From NCBI GenBank assembly GCA_017466625.1, contig JAFTTT010000064.1, positions 1-54,623 of the forward strand: a stretch of 54,623 nt of DNA. The letters are read 5' to 3'. The position numbers were made by a program, and so were the translations under genes. Positions within the stretch are counted from its first letter, which is position 1; each line of letters opens with the position of its first letter. Of this stretch, positions 30,397 to 40,900 are shown piece after piece. The notes below the pieces were generated by a model. It saw only the letters and a list, made by a program, of their open reading frames with translations, did no database searches and was not told where the DNA came from. The DNA is from Clostridia bacterium. Lineage in GTDB: Bacteria > Bacillota > Clostridia > Oscillospirales > CAG-272.

Positions 30397-30969
30397 ATGA
30401 AAAACGAAAAGCATTTAACAAAATTTGACGAAAGCACCGTGATCTCAAGCGAGGTCAAGGAGCTTCCCGATCACACGCTGAAAACCTATAATCTATACGT
30501 CTGTAACAAGCCCGAAAAAAGAGGCGCGAGCGGAAGAATGATCCCCGCGCAAGGCCGTCCCGAAGCGCCGCTCCTTCTTGCGCAAATGGCGGCATCACTC
30601 GGGCTTGAGCCAAGCGAAAAAGAGATAAAAGCCCTTGCAGAAAAGGAGAATAACGGGCTTTATCTCTGGGATGACGGCGGCGTCTGTGCCATCGCGCGCA
30701 TAGCGTTTATCGGCGAAAGATACGCGCGGATAAACACCGTCTACACCTTCCCCGAAAAGCGCGGACGCGGCTACGCCGCCGCGCTCGTTTCCGCCCTTGC
30801 CGAAAAGATTGTCGGTGACGGACTTATCACGACCGTCCTTGCAGACGAAAACAATCCCGTATCAAACGGGCTCTACCTTTCCCTCGGATTTGCCACCGAC
30901 GGAAAGATATATGAATACTTAAAAAACGGCGTTGCGCACAGCGAAAACGCAATATTCTATATAAGGTAA
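30397..30969 (+). CDS. GNAT-family N-acetyltransferase
   Basis: Start moved to ATG 30397 (MKNEKHL). The track start 30223 would overlap dxs and the promoter. Acetyl-CoA motif PEKRGRGYAAALVSALAE. Confidence 0.7.
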   Translation: MKNEKHLTKFDESTVISSEVKELPDHTLKTYNLYVCNKPEKRGASGRMIPAQGRPEAPLLLAQMAASLGLEPSEKEIKALAEKENNGLYLWDDGGVCAIARIAFIGERYARINTVYTFPEKRGRGYAAALVSALAEKIVGDGLITTVLADENNPVSNGLYLSLGFATDGKIYEYLKNGVAHSENAIFYIR

Positions 30970-30973
30970 AGAC

Positions 30974-31888
30974 ATGGAAAACATCATCGAAATAACCAAC
31001 CTGAAAAAATACTTCGGAGAAGTAAAAGCCGTCGACGGGATATCGTTCTCGGTCAAAAAGGGCGAGCTTTTCGCCTTTCTCGGTCTTAACGGCGCGGGAA
31101 AAAGCACGACGATCTCCGTCATCTGCGGATCCATCAAAAAGGACGGGGGCGAGGTCGTGATCGGCGGTAAGAGGATAGAAGACGATCCGAACGCGATCAA
31201 ATCGCGCATCGGCGTCGTGTTTCAGAACTCTGTTCTCGATAAGCCCCTTTCGGTATACGAAAACTTAAGAAGCCGCGCCGCGCTCTACGGAATAACCGGA
31301 AAAGCGTTCGAAAAGCGCCTTTCCGAGCTTTCCGAGATGTTCGAGCTCGAAGGACTTATGCGCCGACCCGTCGGCAAGCTTTCGGGCGGACAGAGACGCC
31401 GTATCGACATCGCACGCGCGATGATACACCGTCCCGAGCTTCTCATTCTCGACGAGCCGACGACGGGACTTGACCCGCAGACGAGACAGACCGTCTGGCG
31501 CGTTATAGACGAGCTTCGCAAGACCGAGGGAATAACCGTCTTCTTAACCACCCACTATATGGAGGAGGCGGCAGAGGCGGATAACGTAGTCATTCTCGAT
31601 GCGGGAAGGATCGCCGCCGAGGGTTCTCCGCTCTACCTCAGAAACCGCTTTTCCGCCGACGCGCTCACGCTCTATTCGGTAAGCGAGGATGACGTCAAGG
31701 CATTCAACCTGCCCTATACCAAGATAAACGGCGGCTTCAAGATCTATATGGGTGATACCTCCGTCGCGACAAAGCTTATACTGAAGAATCCCGATCTTTT
31801 CCGCGATTACGAGCTGACGAAGGGAAAAATGGACGACGTTTTCCTTACCGTCACGGGCAAGCACCTGAACGGAGGTGAGTCAAAATGA
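30974..31888 (+). CDS. ABC transporter ATP-binding protein
   Basis: 304-aa ORF. Walker A GLNGAGKST, signature LSGGQRRR, Walker B LLILDEPT. Confidence 0.9.
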   Translation: MENIIEITNLKKYFGEVKAVDGISFSVKKGELFAFLGLNGAGKSTTISVICGSIKKDGGEVVIGGKRIEDDPNAIKSRIGVVFQNSVLDKPLSVYENLRSRAALYGITGKAFEKRLSELSEMFELEGLMRRPVGKLSGGQRRRIDIARAMIHRPELLILDEPTTGLDPQTRQTVWRVIDELRKTEGITVFLTTHYMEEAAEADNVVILDAGRIAAEGSPLYLRNRFSADALTLYSVSEDDVKAFNLPYTKINGGFKIYMGDTSVATKLILKNPDLFRDYELTKGKMDDVFLTVTGKHLNGGESK

Positions 31889-32775
31889 AAACACTTCGCG
31901 CACTGATCCGAAGAAACGTAAAGCTGTTCTTCAACGATAAGGGAGCGTTCTTCACCTCCCTGATAACTCCGCTTATACTCATAATGCTCTTCATCACCTT
32001 CCTCGGCGAGGTCTACCGCGACGCATTCGCTTCGGCGATCCCCGAAGGAGTGACGATCTCAAAATCGCTCGAAAACGCATTTGTGAACGGCTGGCTGTTC
32101 TCGTCGCTTCTAGGCGTCTGCACCGTCACGATATCGTTCTGCTCTAACCTCCTTATGGTCCAGGACAAGGTGAACGGAAGCCGCTCCGATATCGACGTTT
32201 CGCCCGTTTCCACGACCGTCCTTTCGCTCTCCTACTACGCGGCGTCGGCTATTTCTACGCTGATAATCTGCTTTCTCGCCCTCGTCGTATGCTTTACGAT
32301 AATGGCGTTCACGGGTTGGTACCTCTCGTTTTACGACGCACTTATGACGGTGCTCGATACCGTCCTTCTCGTGCTTTTCGGAACGTCGCTTTCGTCGATA
32401 ATCAGCCACTTCCTTTCTACACAGGGACAGATGTCGGCAGTCGGCACGATCGTGAGCTCGGTCTACGGATTTATATGCGGCGCATATATGCCGATCTCGG
32501 AATTTGCACCGGCAATAAGGACCTTCATTTCCCTGCTCCCCGGTACCTACGGAACGGCGCTCCTCCATCTGCACCTGATGCAGGGCGTCTATAAGGAGCT
32601 CGACGGCAAGATACCGAGAGAAGCCATCGAGGGTCTTAAGACCGCCTTTGACGCAAAGCCCGAATTTTTCGGGCATAACCTCTCCGAGGGCATAATGTTC
32701 GCGATCCTCATAGGTTCGGTCATGGTCCTCACCGCGGTATACGTCATCATCTGCCGTAAGCAAACAAAGAAATAA
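31885..32775 (+). CDS. ABC-2 type transporter permease
   Basis: 296-aa, six-helix ORF overlapping the ATPase gene stop by 4 nt. Confidence 0.75.
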   Translation: MKTLRALIRRNVKLFFNDKGAFFTSLITPLILIMLFITFLGEVYRDAFASAIPEGVTISKSLENAFVNGWLFSSLLGVCTVTISFCSNLLMVQDKVNGSRSDIDVSPVSTTVLSLSYYAASAISTLIICFLALVVCFTIMAFTGWYLSFYDALMTVLDTVLLVLFGTSLSSIISHFLSTQGQMSAVGTIVSSVYGFICGAYMPISEFAPAIRTFISLLPGTYGTALLHLHLMQGVYKELDGKIPREAIEGLKTAFDAKPEFFGHNLSEGIMFAILIGSVMVLTAVYVIICRKQTKK

Positions 32776-32778
32776 TAT

Positions 32779-32809
32779 AAAAAACACCGCCGAGGCGGTG
32801 TTTTCTTTT
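32779..32809 (+). terminator. Intrinsic terminator after the ABC-2 operon
   Basis: AAAAAACACCGCC-GAG-GCGGTGTTTTCTTTT. Confidence 0.8.
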
Positions 32810-32879
32810 GACTCTGTTGCAAACGATCGGGAGCAAGCTCGGAACCCCCAAAGCTCATTTCATTCGCTTCGGGGAACCC

Positions 32880-33055
32880 CACGCGCTCCCGCCGTTAAAA
32901 AACAATGTTACATCGCACCCGAACACCTCATCCACCACCTTCGGTGGTCCCCTTCCCCTGAGGGGAAGGCAAGACAACGTATCGAAGCTTCCTTAATCCG
33001 AAAGGGAATTCCAAAGGGGAAAACGTATAAAAAACGCATTCGCGTTTTTTGTCGG
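32880..33055 (+). repeat. Intergenic mosaic repeat, short form (copy 2), ending in its own terminator-like hairpin
   Basis: CCGCCGTTAAAAAACAATGTT..., hairpins 32934-32948 and 32951-32969, GGCAAGACAACG, then AAAAAACGC-ATTC-GCGTTTTTT (about 33029-33050). Confidence 0.8.
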
Positions 33056-33123
33056 TTGTCCCCTTGGCGTGTTTCTTTGCGAGCGTTTCTTTTCACGAGA
33101 AAAGAAATGCGAAAAAACTCATC

Positions 33124-33152
33124 TTGACAAATTTCGATATCAATAATATAAT
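33124..33152 (+). promoter_or_regulatory. Consensus sigma-A promoter of the Rrf2-ThrE operon
   Basis: TTGACA (33124-33129), 17 nt, TATAAT (33147-33152). Confidence 0.55.
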
Positions 33153-33190
33153 CATACTACAAACTTATCCCAAAAAACCAGGACGCAAAA

Positions 33191-33595
33191 ATGAAAATAA
33201 ACATGGAAACCGACTACGCCTTCCGCATAATGCGCGCACTCGCCCGTAAAGGTGAGCTCACCGACGCGTCGACCATCGCGGAAAGCGCCTCCGTACCTCA
33301 AAGATTTACGCTCAAGATCCTCGGCAAGCTCGTAACAAACGGACTCGTAATGTCGAAAAAGGGTGCAAACGGCGGCTATGCCCTCTCGCGCGACCCAAAG
33401 GAGATAACGCTTCTCGACATACTCGAGGTAATTGAAGGACCCATCGTAATGTCAAAATGCCTCGGCGACGACTTCGTCTGCCGTCACGACGGCGTAAACG
33501 AGCATTGCGACTGCTTCTTCAACCGCGTTTTCGACGACATTTCAATGACGATAGCCAATAAGCTCAAAAGCGTAACGGTGGCAGATTCAATATGA
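33191..33595 (+). CDS. Rrf2-family transcriptional regulator
   Basis: 134-aa ORF. N-terminal winged HTH (TDYAFRIMRALARKG...GANGGYALSR) plus a C-terminal Cys cluster (C..DDFVC.....NEHCDC). Confidence 0.8.
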   Translation: MKINMETDYAFRIMRALARKGELTDASTIAESASVPQRFTLKILGKLVTNGLVMSKKGANGGYALSRDPKEITLLDILEVIEGPIVMSKCLGDDFVCRHDGVNEHCDCFFNRVFDDISMTIANKLKSVTVADSI

Positions 33596-34386
33596 ATAAC
33601 TGTGTAGAAAATACCGATCTCCTCTTAGATACCGCACAGCTCGCGGCGCTCATCGTGCTTGAGAGCGGCGGCGAGACATCACGTGCGGAAGAGATCGCAA
33701 CGATAATCTGTAAAAGCGGCGGCAGAGATGCCGAGGCAATAGTTCTTCCGACAGGCGCGTTCCTCACGGTCAAAAACTGCGAGGGCAAAAAAATATCAGC
33801 CGCGGCAAGAATCAAGGTCAGAGGCGTAAACCTCTACAAGGTCGAAAGAGCAAACGCGTACTCGCGCGATTTTTCGGCAGGTAAAATAACCCTCGAAAAG
33901 CTCTACGAAAACCTCTTGAAGCTCCGTTCAAGTATGCTCTATTCCCAGAGTGCCGTTATCCTCGCATCGGGACTTTCGGCGGCGCTCTTCGCGCTTCTTT
34001 TTGAGCCGACTCTCGGATGGGAGTGCTTGTTCGATATGCTCGTCGCGTTCGGCGCCACCGCACTCGCGCAGTGGGTGGGACTCTCCTCACGGCTCAAAAA
34101 CGCATATCAGTTCACGGTGACCTTCGTATCGTCCGTAATTCTCGCGCTCGCCACGCTTGCGTCGGTGCATTTCTCGGGAATCGGGAATTTCGACTGTATA
34201 ATAATCGGCTCGATAATGCCGCTTCTTCCCGGTCTGTCCTTCACGAACGCCATACGCGACACAGTAATGGGCGACCTTATATCGGGAACGGTACGAGTCG
34301 TTGAGACGCTTCTGATCGCCGTCGGCATCGCAAGCGGCGTCGGCGTCGTGCTGATAGCTTATATGAATATGGGGGGTGTGATATAA
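33592..34386 (+). CDS. Threonine/serine exporter family protein, ThrE N-terminal type (DUF1212)
   Basis: 264-aa ORF with ATGA overlap with rrf2. Soluble N-domain then five helices. The family call comes from architecture and pairing with the next gene. Confidence 0.6.
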   Translation: MNNCVENTDLLLDTAQLAALIVLESGGETSRAEEIATIICKSGGRDAEAIVLPTGAFLTVKNCEGKKISAAARIKVRGVNLYKVERANAYSRDFSAGKITLEKLYENLLKLRSSMLYSQSAVILASGLSAALFALLFEPTLGWECLFDMLVAFGATALAQWVGLSSRLKNAYQFTVTFVSSVILALATLASVHFSGIGNFDCIIIGSIMPLLPGLSFTNAIRDTVMGDLISGTVRVVETLLIAVGIASGVGVVLIAYMNMGGVI

Positions 34387-34838
34387 TGCTTATCTACTAC
34401 CTCCGCGACTTCGTTGCCTGCTTCGGCGCAACGATATTCTACTGCATTATAATGTCGCTTCCGAAAAAAGCGCTTTGGATGTCCTCACTGTCTTCGGCAC
34501 TGACCTACATCATATACAGAGTAGTGTTCCTGTCGATAGATTCCGAATATATGGGCTATCTTGCCGCATCCTGCTTCGCGGCGCTTTCCGCAGAGGTGCT
34601 CGCGCGTGCCTGCAAAATGCCGGCAACGATATTCATATTCCCCGCAGTCATCCCCCTCGTCCCCGGACTCGGTCTTTACAGAACGATGCTCTGCCTCGTG
34701 CAAAGCGACATGAACGGCTTCGCGTCGGAGGGAACGAAAACGCTTATCATCTCGGGAATAATAGCAGTCACGGTCGCAGTCGTGAACGCATTTTTCCGAA
34801 ACATACTCAAAAGAAAACAACTACCGAAAAAAGAATGA
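34386..34838 (+). CDS. Threonine/serine exporter family protein, ThrE C-terminal type (DUF3815)
   Basis: 150-aa four/five-helix ORF with a start overlapping the previous stop. This is the usual partner of DUF1212 genes. Confidence 0.6.
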   Translation: MLIYYLRDFVACFGATIFYCIIMSLPKKALWMSSLSSALTYIIYRVVFLSIDSEYMGYLAASCFAALSAEVLARACKMPATIFIFPAVIPLVPGLGLYRTMLCLVQSDMNGFASEGTKTLIISGIIAVTVAVVNAFFRNILKRKQLPKKE

Positions 34839-34869
34839 TAAAAGCCACCGCTTCCGCGGTGGCTTTTTA
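34839..34869 (+). terminator. Intrinsic terminator
   Basis: AAAGCCACCGC-TTCC-GCGGTGGCTTTTT. Confidence 0.8.
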
Positions 34870-34929
34870 CATAATTTTCATAAAACCCGCCGATAATAAT
34901 TTTAATAATTATAAGCGAAAGGGTACGTT

Positions 34930-37900
34930 ATGAAAAACCGCCGCATAAATATAAAGCTTCTGACAGGATCTCTTTACAAAAAATACGGGAGCTCCGAAAT
35001 ATTCCCGCTCATTTTTCCGTACACGGAAAAGCTGAAGGGCAAGATCGACTGCCCGAGGTTTTTCGAATCGGTAAAAAAGACGGTTTCACCGGTCTTTACG
35101 ACCGATCCAAAGAAAATAACCAAAGCAGTCGGCGATAACGTAAGCTACAAGGAGCTGTCCCGTTTTTACACCTATGCGGTAATAAACGCGCTCGTTGCTC
35201 TTGGCGAGGCGCCGCCGACGGAGGAGCTGCTGGCAAAGACGGTCGATTATCTGAAGACACTTTATTCCATCGAGATCGACGGGCTTTATTACGAGCTTTC
35301 AGAGGCGGAAAGAATACTGTCGGAGAGCAAATACTTCAAAAGCTGTGACGCAGACACCAAAAACGAATGCCGCAGGCAGGTGACCGTTTCTGCCAAACGA
35401 CGCAAAATAAGCGAAAGCGAGGCAGCGACGCTCTTCCTTTCGCGAGACCCGTTTGAGCATGAAAAAAGCGTTGCATCGCGGCTGTATTTTCCCGTGCTCG
35501 GAATAATGACGGCGGCTTTCTCCGTCGTAACTCTTACCGTGACGAAAAATCCCGCCTTCTTTTTGTTTACGCTGCTTCCGATGTCGGAGGGCGCGAAGCA
35601 GCTTACCGACTATATATTCTCACATTTCGTAAGGACCGTCCCGATCCCGAAGAAAAAGCTTAAAAGCATTCCCGACGACGCCAGGACCTTAACGGTAATA
35701 ACATCGCTTCTGACGGGCAAGGAGAGTGACCTTGAGCTTTGCAAAAAGATACGCGACTGCGCCTACGCAAACAAGGACGCAAACGCCTATTTCGGACTTC
35801 TCTGCGACTTAAAGGAGGCGGACAGCCCGACGTCCCCCACCGACCGTGACACCGAAAACAGAATAGCCGACGCCGTCGACGAAATGAACTCAATATACGG
35901 CACGAATATAATACTGTTCGTAAGAGACCGACGCTACGCGCCGAGCGAGGATAAATATATGGGCTGGGAGCGGAAGCGCGGAGCGATAATAGAGCTGACG
36001 CGTTACCTCAAGGGAAATGAGACCTCGATCCGCGTCCTTTGCGGTGATCCGACGCCCCTTTCCGATATTAAATATGTAATAACGCTCGACTCCGACACGC
36101 GCCTTTATACGGGGGCAGTCACCGACCTCGTCGGCACGATGCTCCATCCGTCCAACAAGCCCGTCATAAAGGGCGGCAGAGTAATAAAGGGACACGCGAT
36201 CCTTCAGCCGAAGATGGAGGCGTCTCTGCTCTCGGCGGAAAAGACGCCGTATACGGTACTGACCTCCGACGGAAGCGACGACGTATACGCAAGCGCGTCC
36301 TACGAGACCTACCAGAGCATATTCGGCGAGGGCATATTCTGCGGGAAGGGCATCTTCGATCTCGACGCATATTCGTCGCTTATCGACGGCGCGTTCCCCG
36401 ACGGGGCGGTGCTCAGCCACGACCTGCTTGAGGGAAGCCGCCTCCGTGCGGGCGCCGTGACAGATATAACCCTTACCGACGATATACCGAAAAGCCCGCT
36501 CTCATCCTTCGACCGAAGCCACAGATGGATAAGAGGCGACGTCCAGGCGCTCGCCTTTGCCGGGAAATACTGTAAAGATGAAAACGGAAAGCAGTACCGC
36601 AACCCGATCTCTCCCCTCTCGGTATATAAGATATACGACAACGTCCGACGCGCACTTGTGCCGATATCCGCCTTTGCCGCGCTTATTCTCTGCATTTTCC
36701 GTCCGAGCCATCTTTCGCCGTATATCTCGCTTCTCGCGCTGGCTTATCTTGTGATACCGTTTTTCTTATCGATAATATCGACGCTGAAAAGCACGGGCAG
36801 ACGCTTCTTTTCACATCTTATCCCCGCATCACTTTCGGCGCTGCTCAACTTCATCTATTCCCTTTCCTCTCTTACCCATACGGCAATAAGAAACGCCGAC
36901 GCGATCCTCCGTGCCGGCTACCGAGCACTGTTTTCGCGCAAAAAGCTCCTCGAATGGAAGACGGCGTCGGAAAGTGACGGCATAAAGGGACTTCCGCTCG
37001 TTCTTTATTCGATGCTCCCCTCAATGGCGGTAGGACTTTCGCTTCTTATCTTCTGTCCCCGTCTGCCGCTTAAGATACTCGGCGCTTTGACCTTTCTTTT
37101 CCCGTTCGCCTGCCATATTCTCGGCAAGCCCTTCAAAACGCCCGAAAAAATATCGGAAAGCGATGAAAAGCTACTCCGAGAATACGCGCGCGACTCCTGG
37201 AAATTTTTCTCGGAAAGAGTAAACAAGGAGGAAAACCACCTCCCTCCCGACAATATTCAGTTCACCCCCGACGAGCGCGTCGCGCACAGGACGTCGCCGA
37301 CGAATATCGGTCTTTATCTGCTCTCGGTCTGCGCCGCGGCAAAGCTCGGGCTCATAAACGAAAAGGAAGCGCTTTCCCGTATTGATAACACGCTGAACAC
37401 GGTAATGCACCTCCCGAAGTGGCACGGGCATCTATATAATTGGTACGATACCGAAACGCTTTTCATTCTGGGGCAAAGCTACGTGTCTACCGTCGATTCG
37501 GGCAACCTTATAACCGCCCTCGTCGCACTAAAGGAGCTTTTACGCTCCGATTTTGAAAAGGACGGGCGCCGTGACGAAATAATAAAGAAGGCAGAAAAGC
37601 TGATAAAGGACGCCGATTTTTCATACCTGTATAACGAAAAGAAAAAGCTTATGCTTATCGGAATAAACCCCGAAAAGCTTGAAAACGACCCGCCGTGCTA
37701 CGATTTCTTCACGAGCGAGGAAAGAACTACGTCCTTCTACGCAATAGCACGCGGCGACGTTCCGCGCGAGCATTGGAGATATCTGCGCCGTATACCGACC
37801 GTGATCGGCGGATACACTGCCCTGACCTCCTGGACGGGAACCGCCTTTGAATACCTTATGCCGTCGCTTCTGACTCCGACAGTACGCGGCTCGCTCTCCT

Positions 37901-40900
37901 ACGAGGCGCTGTCAAGCGCGGTGAGAGAGCAGAAGAAAACGGTCTGCCACGGCGTCTGGGGACGCTCGGAGAGCGGATACTTCGATTTCGACCGAGACCT
38001 GAATTATCAGTACAAGGCGTTCGGCGTTCAGTCGCTCGCTCTCAAAAACGGAATTGACAAGGAGAAGGTAGTCTCACCCTATTCGTCCTTCCTTGCCCTG
38101 CCCTTTGACAGAGCCGCGGCGATATCGAACCTCAAGCGTCTGAAAAGAAAGGGAATGTACGGTGAGTACGGCTTCTACGAGGCACTCGATATGACGCCCG
38201 AGCGGGTAGGCCACGGCTACGCGGTGATAAAAAGCCAGATGTCGCACCACGTCGGAATGTCGCTTACAGCCATCGCGAATGCGTGTCTGAACGAGGTATT
38301 CGTCCGCGCCTTTATGTCCGACCCATACTGCTCGTCGGCGCTCGGACTTCTCACCGAGAGAGTGCCGAAAAACGCAGTTTCCATCAAGCGCAAGCGTTCA
38401 GTAGCGAAAAAAACGGTAATACCCGAGCCGCTTCCGCGTCTTTTCGCGCTCGATAGACCGAGCGAAAATGAAAGCGCCTCTCTGATATCCGAGGGCGGAG
38501 CGTCCGCCGTCATGATGGGGGATATGCTTCGTCTTTCGGCGCTAAAGGGCGAGATCACGCTTGACCCGTTCACCTTCGGGCGGATATACCGTCCGCGTCT
38601 TATCATGTCGGTCGACAATACGACCTTCGACCTGATGAGCGGAAAGCCGAAGGACGGTAACGGCAGGATCGCAAGAGTATACGATACGCGCCGTTTCATC
38701 TCCGAAATGTCGCTTTCACTCTTTCCGAGGTCAAAGACCTTCGTCATGAGCGTATCGGTCGAGGGACACGTAAAGACCGTTACCCCGATGCTCGTGCTTT
38801 TCCCGACCATCGCGCCAAACGCGGACCGCCTTTCGCATCCTCCATACTGTGACATTATGGTAGTATCCGAATACTGCGAAAAGGAACGCGCGCTTTTATA
38901 CAGAAAGCAGGAAAAGAGCGCCGAGGACGGTGAAAGATGCTTCGCGGTCTCCTTTGAGAGCGGAAGCGGCGGCGAGGAATTTATAACAGGGCGCGATATC
39001 CTTCCCGAAATGTTTAGCGAAAGCGATATTGAAGCGCTGATAAAAAAGGAATTTGATAACGAAACGGGCGCCTTTTCCGAGCCGTTCTGTGCAGTGAAAA
39101 AGACGTCGCAGACGAACGGAAAATATCTTCTCAATATTCTCATCGCCGTCGGACGGAGCAAGGAAGAAACGCTTTCGCGCCTTACCCTTGCCCGAAAGGA
39201 GATAAAGGACGGCAGAGGTAAAAACGGCGCGCATATCGCCGAGCAGGCGATTAAGTCGAAGAACAACGGCTTCCCCGCCGTGACGTCCGACCCGCGCTAT
39301 AAGACTCTTCTTTGTGAGATACTGTCCTCCCTGCTCGTTCCGAAAAAGAGAACTCCGAGGGGAAGCTACGCAGTTTCGGATTTCTGGCGCCACGGAATTT
39401 CGGGCGACAACCCGATAATGACTATCACACTCGGACGCGATTTTTCGCGAAGCTCGCCCGCATATAAGTGGTTCAAGCTTTTCGTCCTCTGCCACAAGCA
39501 GTTAAATCTGAGCGGAATAAAGCTCGACACCGCCGTCCTTTACGACGACGGCGGAGAATATATGTCGAAGACGAGATCGGCTCTTATCGAAGCGGTAAAC
39601 GAATGTGCCGCCGGCTTCTTTTTGAAGGGCGGAATATTCCTTATCGACGGCGAAAATGACCGCGACCTTTTTGAAAACACGGCGTCGGTCACGGCAGAGC
39701 TTGACACCGCCTTCACTCTTGACGCCTTCGTTATAAAAAACAGAGGCGAACGCACCCATAAGACCCAGCCGATAACGGCGGTGACGAGGGTCAAAAGCTA
39801 TCCCCCGAAGGACGCCCTCCACGTTCACGGCGGATATTTTACCGAAAACGGCTTCACGCTTCTCAAATCGGAACGAGGCGGCAAGAAGCTGCCCCATTCC
39901 TACGTTTACGCCTTTAATCACTTCGGCACTCTCGTGACCGATTCCTCGCTCGGCTACACCTGGATAGGCAACAGCCACGAAAGAAGAATAACCGCGTATA
40001 TCCCCGATCTGCGCCGTCACCTGAACGGTGAACGCCTTATCGCGACGGTGGCTGACGCCGAATACGACCTCGTCGCCTGCTCGCACACCGTGTCGTTCAA
40101 CCGCGGAGAAGCGGTATGGGAGGGTAAGGCGGGGCCCGTATCTTATACAGTCACGGCGAGCATCGATCCGAAGCTCCCCTGTAAGGCGGTCACCGTGACC
40201 TATATCGGAAGCGCCGATATAAAGACAGAGTATCGCATACGTCCCGTCCTCGGCGACATCGAACGGCGAAACCGTCCGATAAGGGTCGAGATGCTCGACG
40301 AGCTCACCGTATACACTCCGACTGTATCGGACTGCCCCGACACGGCGTTCCTTTACAAGCGTGAGTTTGATAACACCGTCTGCTTTCTCCTCGGTGCCTT
40401 TCCGAGCGGACGGACGAGGGTCCTTGATACGGTAATGAGGAAATATAAGACCCGCGAAAGCTTCCGAAACTGCGCAGAAGAATACGAAAAGCACGTTTCT
40501 TCACTTCTTCCGTCGCTCAGAATGACCTCGCCCGACCGTTACCTCTCCGTAATGACCGAATACTATCTTCCCTATCAGGCGCTCGTCTGCCGCTTCTACG
40601 GACGGACGGGCTTCTATCAGTCGGGCGGCGCATACGGCTTCCGCGATCAGCTTCAGGACTGCCTTTCTATAATGCTCTCGGCACCGTCGGTCGCAAGAAC
40701 TCACATTCTGCGCTGCGCCTGCCGCCAGTACGAGGAGGGCGACGTCAACCATTGGTGGCACGTCACAAGAGGCGTCTGCCGCGGCGTTCGCACTCAGTAC
40801 ACGGACGACCTTTTGTGGCTCCCATACGTTGCATCAAAATACGCGTCCTTCACGGGCGACCATGAAATTTTCGACATCGAGCTTCCCTATATCGTCTCGC

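Noticed and set aside
32798-33127. ORFs translating to ...SPSPEGKARQR... (also 18917..19258)
   Set aside because: The shared peptide is just the translation of the CCTTCCCCT/AGGGGAAGG hairpin plus the GGCAAGACAACG tail. There are no start signals.
38217-40494. 349-aa and 330-aa minus-strand ORFs inside the giant gene
   Set aside because: Antisense shadows within the GH94/GT84 protein gene. Arg/Ser-rich translations typical of wrong-frame reading.
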